The notes under the pieces: model-generated
Seen by the model: the letters and a program-made list of their open reading frames with translations, nothing else
Told to the model about the DNA's origin: nothing
The model's database searches: none
Shown: piece by piece, positions 54,895 through 64,000 of the stretch
How the letters are laid out: each line of letters opens with the position of its first letter
How positions within the stretch are numbered: position 1 is the stretch's first letter
Made by a program: the position numbers and the translations under genes
DNA from: Nitrosopumilaceae archaeon
Lineage (GTDB): Archaea; Thermoproteota; Nitrososphaeria; Nitrososphaerales; Nitrosopumilaceae
Direction: 5' to 3'
NCBI GenBank assembly: GCA_965207375.1
Contig: CBDBMG010000002.1
Span: forward strand, 448,001-512,000
Length of the DNA stretch: 64,000 nt

Positions 54895-56041
54895 GGTGTC
54901 ATAGGGATGCGTGTTTCCCCGGGTATTGTGTTTCCCGCACACATATCCCTAGGGATGCGTGTTTCCCCGCACATATATTACTAACGCATTTATGTCTGCA
55001 AGTCATAGTGATATATGTTTCCCCGGGTATTTTGTTTCCCCGCCTCCGTTGCGCAGATTTACAAGGTAGCTACTGAGCTATGCCATGATGTGATTAGCTA
55101 ACTAGCTATTTGGTTTCATCTAATAACAAGGCGTCACCAAATGTTCAAATCTCTGCGCGGCTCTTCCTGGAATCTTTAATATTTGAAATAGACACATAAA
55201 GGCTAGATTGTATACCCGAGTACGAAAAAAGTTTTAGTGTGCGCGTGCGCATATAGTCTATTACAGTGGGAGTTTTTACTTCTGATTTCCTCCAATTTTT
55301 AATGCTTTTCAGGGAGCTAGAACTAGGAACTAGCTATGGAGGTCATGTGAAGCGTGTTCCCATCCTTAAAGGGCTAGATAACCCTCCCGTAGCTTGGATT
55401 ACTATCGCCGACACCCCCAACAATCTTTGCTGAGCATTACATCGCAAAACTTTGCAGCGTGGCAGTCCTAGAGGATCGAGCGCCCTCCATAGCTCATGTA
55501 CTATCTTTGACTTGGCTCACCGTAGTATTAAAATTGCATCTGATGCCCCGGCTTTGCCGCAATTGGCTGACTATATAGCTACCGACGCAAGCATACTATA
55601 TCGTATAACGAATGATTATCACTACTCGGCAAACCTTGAAAATGTTACCAACTTCCAGAGTGGACATGTGATTTAAAACAAACTTGTTGTTATAACAAGA
55701 AATTTGTTAAATTTGGCACAATTTTCCTGTGAAATTGTACCAAATTTAACAAATTTCCTGTTAAAATAACAAGTTAGTTTTAACAGTGTATCGGTAGCAA
55801 TAAAACTTTTGATAGCTGTGGTGCTACCGGCGCATCGGTGGCAGTAATCTATAGCTATATGTCATTATTGCAATGCATGCAGTCCAGGAAACACGCATCC
55901 CTAGTGAAACGTGTGCGGAGGAAACGTGTATCACTGATGGGAAACACGCATCCCTAGTGATGTATGTGCGGAAACACGCATCCCTAGGGATATGTGTGCG
56001 GGAAACATGATACCCGAGGAAACACGCATCCCTATGACACC
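54895..56041. mobile_element. TIR element with tandem subterminal repeats; nested foldback ~55672-55788
   Basis: GGTGTCATAGGGATGCGTGTTTCC / GGAAACACGCATCCCTATGACACC, with the motif repeated internally at both ends. Confidence 0.75.
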
Positions 56042-56395
56042 GGACCGAAATGCCGTCACCTCCGCAAAAGAGACAATGGAAATAATCCTTCCTCCAGCGT
56101 ATCCACCGACCACCAGTTGACTCATACAAGTTCTGTGGCGGATTAAGACGTGCCTAGCATCGTGAAAGCCGTGTCGGACGCTCAGTACCCGCACCCACCA
56201 CCGGGCGCCTCCGACAGAGACCCCTAGACATAGCTACTGTAAGCTCCCAGAAAATTCCTCGTAAGTCATAGTGTAAAGGTATTATAAAATTTCATAATTA
56301 CATATAGCTATGTAATAGCGATGTACATGCATATGTGATTCGATATCAATTATTGCCAGCTGCTCCGCAAATTGTTGCGATTGCTGTTGGCCTCG

Positions 56396-56937
56396 CAAGG
56401 GGGTATCACATACATACATACTGTAGGGCGATCTGCGACCGGGGTCAAACTCAAAGTCAACGGTCAAGGTCTCCAAAAACTATCCAGTCATAGGTCAAAC
56501 AAGAAATTACACGGTCAAGAAACAAAACGAAAACTTTAACCCACAATCAAATAAAACAAATTTATTAAAAGTATACGAATTTATACTAGACTATACGATA
56601 TTTATAATTACATTTCGCCTCGCGCTATGCATGCGGCTACGTCTGCGAGATCTGTAAACGATGTAGTTACAGCTGCTAGTGAATGTGTCAGCTGCTAATG
56701 TAGCTTGTTGCAGCTGCCTACTCCACTTGAAGTATTGCGCATCCAAAAATAATTATTGTGCAGGCATTTGTACAGGACTATAGATATAGGACAAGACCAA
56801 GCAGAAAACTGAGAAAGTCAAAGGTCAAGAACAGATTTAAGTAGTAAGTCAAGGGTCAAGCTTAATATTTCTCTGGTCAAGAGTTTGACCGCGGTCGCAG
56901 ATCGACCTACAGTATATGTGAGCGTGACACCCCCTTG
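56396..56937. mobile_element. MITE with CAAGGGGG TIRs and 5-bp TSD, copy 2
   Basis: TSD CCTCG (56391-56395, 56938-56942); homologous to 14163-14694. Confidence 0.88.
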
Positions 56938-58411
56938 CCTCGCGACGCCGGATCATTCCGTTGGTTTCTCAGTGCATCAGGAATTACTTGAGCTAATTTG
57001 GGGGCATTAACCAGCTGAGGAATTTTACAAATTTGTCAGTAAACAACCTTGCAAAAACAAAATAGCCATATATAGCCTCAAGAAATATTTCGCGACATGT
57101 AGTTATGCATACCACTTCAAGTTGCGTGCACAGATAGCAATACAACTCACCTTCTAGACCCGAATTGTATCCACATACCCACAACATATACTTACAACAA
57201 AAACATGTATTTGTTTATAATTCAAATAGCCAAACAAAAAAATTCGATATTGCTTGGAATCACCAGCTTACTATTTTATTTTAAAAATCGTATCGTCAAA
57301 TGAAAATATCATTAGCATCGATCATATTGTGCAACAATAATTAGTTGGCTAGGGCAGTGGGACTATACTACATCAGTATGGCATAAGTGGCACATTGCAC
57401 TCCATACATGGCAAATAATATGGCGTAGGCTTCAGTGGCTACAAGTTCCGTGGACTCATGCCGAATGCCATAAATCTGGACATAAATATATATACTTGAT
57501 GGGGGCCATGACTGTGTGCGTTATGCTAGGGCATTCAGCAATTACCTATCTGGTTGGGTGGAAAGGTGTTCAAGCAGGTGAACAACTTTTCCGTGGCCTT
57601 GTTGAAGAAAAAAAGAACTTGGCAGGAGGTAATTAACCCTCTTCCAAGATTCTTTCTTCACACCCAAGCATTAAATGATCAAAAAATGGGCTGCCCCTTT
57701 GGCCATAACATTTCAAAGTTTTTTGGAGGATTACCCTTAGCAATCAAGGTCCAGTGCACTTACCAAACCCCACCACAATCAGCAGATTGTGTGTGGCAAT
57801 TGATAATTTAGGAAGGTAAATGAACAACATTAAATAAAGTTAATATGCAAACTAAGGTAATGGTGGGAGCTGTGCACCGCAGACCACAACACATTATACT
57901 TACTGTGATGTGGCATTATTAAAGGCCAAAATTGCGATTTCAATGCATCACTTATCTGTTTTGAAGATATTTTAAGCCTTTAACTATGGTAGCAACCCAA
58001 ACTCCTTGTGTTTTGAAGTGGGCCTGGCACACGAGCGTTGATCGCACAGGAAGCGTACGGTGAAAAAGAATGTTTATTCACGGATATTTTCGCAATTCAG
58101 TGTAATATGAGCATATTACGAATATTTAAAGGAAAGCCTTATTCTTCGCTTTATTCATGCGAGGAATTTAATATTGCGAATAGGCTAGCTCGCAAGATTA
58201 AACATTGTTTAAATTTTATTTTGGGTAGGGTATAATTTACGGACCGGACCGGACCCACGGACCCATACATTTTTGGGTATAATTTACGGACCAGTCCATT
58301 AACACGGTCTGCGCGCTTTCCACGAGGTGGGAACACATAGTATGCAGCTGTCTCGGCAGCTCCACGAGGTGCGAACACGTGGTAAGCAGCTGTCTCGGCA
58401 GCTGTATAGCA

Positions 58412-61400
58412 ATGGTGTCTCAGGCCAAGCCTATATTCACCCAGAAAACCGAACCCATTGCTTGGGGGGATGCTTATGAGATCTTAGAGAATCCGCCATC
58501 TGTGCCAGAGTTGTGTGTCAAGGTACCACCAGTAAAGCCAAACGCGGGCGAAGTTTTTTGTTTTCTGCTACAGAAAATAGCAAAAGAAGTAAGTATAAAT
58601 ATGGTATGGTATAGCTATATCTATATATATCCATGCAGAGAATATATGCTTTTTACATGTGACTGCATGTCTGAACCCAAAACCAGACATTGTTCACACC
58701 TCCGATTCTGCCCACTTAATTGTTCATAAAATATTTTTGGAGTGCTATGCACATGCAGCTCAAATTTAAATGTAAGGCCAAACAAAGTTTAAAATATGTT
58801 TCTGGTCCTCCTGCCTGCCGGTGGTCATTTTTGTGACTGAGGTAGTGATAGTAACATTTTTGTTCACAGCATGCTGTTATAGTTACACTGTTTAAATAAT
58901 GTTGACAAAAACATTATCAAGTTTTACACTGAATAAAGAAATTTTATGTATTATCATAAAGTAAACAAAAATATAAATGGATTTTGACACAATTTAAGTT
59001 AAAAATAAAAATAAAAACCATGGTTGCCTGATTATATTTTGAAAGTTGGCTGGACCACAAACAGACATTTAACTTTGTGTGGCCTAATGTTATTTGTAGT
59101 GATATTATTACGATCATTTGAGGTATTTTACCGATTGCATGGCTAAATCCGAGTTAATTGTGTTTCGAGTGTATGACAATCCTTTAAAAGTTGTGTATGT
59201 AGCTATATAGCTGTAGCTAATTAATATCAGTATTGTCGTATAGCTATAATGTATATGTATTAATATATGTATACATGTAATCCATAACATTTTTATTATC
59301 ATCTTTTAGACGATTGGAGATGTGATCACTACAGGTGGTTTCAAAATGGTTGTAAAAATCTTCCAAAAGCAGAACCTAAAGTTAAGAAATATTACTTCAA
59401 TATAATGCAACCAGATAACAGCAACAGCAATGAATTTCAGAAGATAGTTTATCAATTACTTGACAATCAAAGTCTTTCTTTAATACAGTATTTAGGAAAT
59501 GATCTCAAAGCTATAGATTATTTACATGGGAATTGTAAAGCAGAAAATCCAAAACCGTACATTCGAACTTGCCCTTCAGTGATTGAAGAAATTAAAGGAA
59601 GTGACCCTTCAGAGTATGCATCAGCATTTTACAAGAAATCCTTATCTACAGCCAGCTGTCTTTCTACATCAAATCCTGCATTGCAGCTTCGAAATAGAAG
59701 ACAAGTTGTTAATCACAAATCACTCGAGCGTCAAAAAATCAGGCTTTCTCATGATGAATTATATAACATTCATGAAATTGCTTATGACCTTGATGGATTT
59801 ATAGCAAAGATTATAACGTATCCAGACCTTGTTATTGTATGTGGCCACCCAAAAATATTAAATGAAATGAGCAATCTTTTTGCAAATTGGTAGTATCACT
59901 CAAGGTCAACTATTTTCCTATGATACAACTTTTGAATTGGGTGACATATATGTTTCTGTACTCCTTATGCGCCATGTGCTCTTTAATGGTGCTCCTGTAA
60001 TTCCAGTGGCCTTTTTACTACATGAAAGAAAGCTTGCATCAGCCCATGGTGAATTTATGAAATTTATTTCCAGTGGATTTCCTACACTGAGTCAAAGTGA
60101 TCATCCTATACAATTTCCTATAGTTACAGATGAGGAAAAAGCCATTTGTTCAGCCATAGACAAGTGGCTACCCGGATTTATTCGTTTACGCTGCTGGAAT
60201 CACACATTTTCAGCAGCTAGATTTTGGTTAAAGAAACACTCTGCTACTTCACAAGAAATTCCAGTTTATATGGAAAATCTTCGATCACTTTTTCACACTA
60301 TTTCTATAGAAGAATATCAAAGTAATTTGAAAGAGCTGGTGGTAAGTATTATTATGCACACTTTACAATTATTTACCATATAGCTACCATAGCTAGCTAG
60401 GGATAATTTAACAAGGTAAAATTTGGAGTAGCATAGTTATATACAGATACTTTTGAATGGGGAAATGCTAACAAATCAATCAATACATGATTGCGCCATT
60501 GAAAATGGGCCTATAGTGGACACAAACTATACACATAGTTTAACTTCTACATGGAGGAGCTATTTGTTGTCTGTGAAAGCTTTCATATTAAATTACATAA
60601 TTAATTACGCTTTATGGAATTTTGTGTATATTACATAATAATGCTAGCTAGCTATGTATATACATATATATATGTATATAGCTGTATACGCATTAAGTAT
60701 TGTTATACTTTAATGAATAAGTAGCTAGCTATATAGCTAGTGGTTTATATTACTTAGGTAAACTGGAGTCAAGCTTTTGTGGATTACTACATGAATGAAA
60801 TCCATCCTGATGTGATCACATGCATTGGTAGATGGGTCTTAGAACCTCTAGGAGTCTATAATTGCTATAGTGGAGTAACAACAAATCAATCAGAAGGATT
60901 TAACACTGTTTTAAAGCGGCTTCAGAAATGGAGAGAAGCTCCACTTGATTCCATCGTATTTTCATTATATCAGTTGCAAAATTATTACTACAATGAAATA
61001 CAAAGAGGGTTGTGTCAGTGTGGTGACTACCAGTTATCCGCAGAGTTTGCCAGTTGTGCACGGGATCCAACTGAGGTTAAACTCAATGAGTCGATTTCTC
61101 CTCAATCAATAGTTGAAAGAGTTCAATCTGAAGGAGCCAATGTGATTGAACCTGCAGTTGCTACACAGTGCCTTGAAAAGAAATCCACAGCCAAATGCTT
61201 ATCCAGCCAAACTTCTCGAGCAAACTTAGTACTTACAGAAGATAGGATATCCTTTGATCCAAAGCTTGGTGTTTTCATTGTTAAAAACAGCGAAGGAAAG
61301 CATCATGCTGTTACCCTTTTTCCAAAGCAGACATGTACATGTCCATCGACAGCTGAATGTTACCATATAATTTCAGCAAAAATGAGTGTAGGCATGCAGT

Positions 61401-63273
61401 CTAAGCACGGAGAGTCAGTTTTAAATTTATCTCAATTAAGAAGAAACACAAGATCAAGAAAAGAAAAGAAATCTGGAAGGAAAAGGTTTGTGCCAACAGA
61501 TATTAATCCAGCACCAGACTCCATCGCAGCAAAGTCTTGTTTTGAGTCAACTGATGATGTCATTGATGTGAATGATCATCATGAAGGTACATAACTAAAC
61601 TGCATATCTCATGTATTAAATATATGTTTTCCAGTAGATTTAACTGAGATGGTAAAGTCTGATGCTGATGATGATAATTTTTCCAATACTGATGTTAATG
61701 CTGATTGTAAGTGTAGCTACATTATAATTCCTGTGATAAATGCTGTGTGTTTATATAACATGCTAGCTGCATTCTGTAATATTTTATTGTGCTCTAGATT
61801 CCAATGGAGAGATGTTGAGACTGTGGGAAGACTTGTCTGTAAAATACAAACAAGATCACATGGAAGATAGAGACATTGAATATATAGAAGTTAATCTGTA
61901 GCTATATGCAATTGTAATAGCTACGTACGTATATAAATATAAATTCTAAACACAGAAAAATGATGGAGATATTTTGATTTTTGTAAACATGGCTGTTCTT
62001 ATATGGACACAATATCGAAAATTCAATAAATTACCTGAATTGAGGAGAGAAGGAAATTATTTAGTAGTCACCAAAGAAGATAGAAGAAATTTCGATCATT
62101 TTCGACAACATCCTTTTTTTCTGCATGGTCCTGTTGTTTCAACGCCACTACTATTGAAATATATGAAAGTAAAGGGCATACCAATTACTTGTGAACAAGA
62201 GTTTGGTCATTCCTATGTTATGTCAATGCCTAAATGTGAATTTACTTTTGATGAGCTGGTTGAGTGGGCCAGAGAGGAGTTAGGAGGAAATGTAGAAGGT
62301 ATTTCATAATATATGTAGATTAAGTACATAACACGAAATTGACTACTTTAGCAACACTAATTTCATGTAAAGAGGATACTCAATCTGTTATATCAAGTCA
62401 AATGGAAGATCTTGCAGTTAAAGGTAAAATGCATGAAATTTTACTATATAGCTAACTATGCCTATATACATTGCATACTCAAGTTGATGAAGGAAGTAAT
62501 TCATGTATCGAAGTTGATGAAGACTGTAATGACATTACTGAAAATGAGCAAAGTATACATGCATACATACATGCACCTGTAGCAAATATAATTTGAATAT
62601 TTATATTAATTTTATGTATTTTACAGGAGGTTTAGAAAAGAAGTTCATGAGCATCGATCAGGACAAAGGTACAGATAGCTGAACAATAGAAGCACACAAA
62701 TAAATTTATGATGTGGGTAACCAGCTAATTTGGCACATTACATTAAATTAATGTGATATCATAACAACGTATTAACAGATAACAAACGACGAAAGCAGAG
62801 ATGTGGAATTTGTAGTGGCTGTCTTACAAAGGAATGTGGAGTATGCAATGCTTGTAAAGATAAGCCTAAATTTGGTGGTCAAGGGAAGCTGAAGCAGTGT
62901 TGTTTGCATAGAAGATGTAAAGAAATAATCTCCAGTATGTAAGAAAATATAAAGTGAATTTTTGTGATGTCTTTAATTGTAGCTATACTAGAGAGTAAAG
63001 AATTTAGAGGATACATACTTTCAAGATTCTGTAAATATCCTTGAAATCCATGAAAATTAGTATCCTCAAAAATAAGTTACTCTCCTAGAATTTTCTGTGT
63101 AACTGGCAAATTATCACCATCAACTGAGCTGTCTGCCTTTCCTATGCTGTGCACACGTGCATGCAAATCTTCTGTTCATATTCATGGTGTTTATATAGCT
63201 ATATATCTATTTTATTGCAGGACAAAATTCTAGGAAACGACCATTCATTAATCTGTATATGATTGCTGTATAG
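58412..63273 (+). CDS. Mutator-like (MULE) transposase with SWIM finger and C-terminal zf-CXXC, 11 exons (~978 aa after correcting two homopolymer frameshifts)
   Basis: Exons 58412-58588, 59310-60341, 60758-61586, 61635-61706, 61798-61889, 61956-62298, 62352-62423, 62484-62552, 62627-62668, 62779-62934, 63221-63273. Motifs DWRCDHYRW, SYDTTFELG, IVTDEEKAI, CWNH, TTNQSEGFN, SWIM CTCPSTAECYH. Frameshifts in T-runs at 58554-58559 and 59877-59881; last exon least certain. Confidence 0.78.
62779..62934 (+). other. zf-CXXC domain exon
   Basis: AG/GT-bounded, phase 1-1; encodes KRRKQRCGICSGCLTKECGVCNACKDKPKFGGQGKLKQCCLHRRC, matching CGxCxxC-CGxCxxC-KFGG-KQCCxxRxC. Confidence 0.92.
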
Positions 63274-64000
63274 ACACGCCCATTTTATCGATCGATCACG
63301 TCGTGCATAAAAGTATGGCTATGCATGCCAGACTAGATGTATACACAGTTACACTAAAGAAGTAGCTACTCCAGTATATTACTGAGCGATTTGCTAGTTT
63401 TTTACATGCACACGAATTAAATACAATGTAATTAAAAACCTTACGAATTTTAATGTTGCGAATTAAGCCAATCGCAAGATTAAAATCCTCGCACTTACTC
63501 CTCTTTCAATGTACACATGATCATTATACACTTTAGCCAGTCTGCGTATATTGTTTGTCAGGACTTCTTTGTAGCTTACAATTACATGCTTACTTGAATT
63601 GTAAATCATTGTAAAGTGGAATGCATTATTTCATTTCTCACTGATTAGCTATTTTTATAACCCAAACTCTTACTGCCATAGGAAGTACGTAACACAGTAC
63701 ATAGCTATTGTCACTCAGACTGTTTGCTCTGATGTTTTCAGATGACTTAACATGCCTGAAGATCATTACAGTGATTTAAACATGTTGGGTTTAAAGTTCA
63801 GTGATTCAGAAGCCTAATCCCCTAATTCTACTGGAAGCCAAACAGTGTAGCTAGTCTTAGACTCTAATAATTTTTAGATAATTATGGAGTCTGTTTTGAT
63901 TTGGCTGTAGACATCGGCATGAAATAAGAAGTAGTACAGCGATAATAATATATGTGACCGGGCCTGCAAAAATCAATCATGTAAGCGCAAATACACCTAG

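Overview
AT-rich, intron-containing eukaryotic DNA. The short introns, abundant TAGCTA words and repeat content suggest an early-branching animal such as a demosponge (inference only). Most of the window is mobile DNA: an intact hAT transposon (179-2833, 8-bp TSD), a Gypsy LTR retrotransposon with identical LTRs but a broken gag-pol (6375-10537), Helitron-like elements with very long 3' palindromes, HINE/DINE-1-like elements, many MITEs, a LINE 3' fragment, a tRNA-Thr-derived cluster and satellites. Manual splicing reveals two things the ORF track misses. (1) Two paralogous minus-strand single-pass receptors (signal peptide, Ig-like, two FN3-like, TM) share an ectodomain but have unrelated tails: gene A (21438-26758) ends in ITIM-type motifs (LNYAEI, VTYAET), and gene B (50447-52930, frameshifted here) ends in a canonical ITAM (YVSI-x7-YQNI). 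This is a candidate paired inhibitory/activating receptor system. (2) An 11-exon Mutator-like transposase (58412-63273) carries a SWIM finger and a C-terminal zf-CXXC (unmethylated-CpG-binding) exon. All gene models are hand-built from GT-AG sites and reading frame and lack transcript support.
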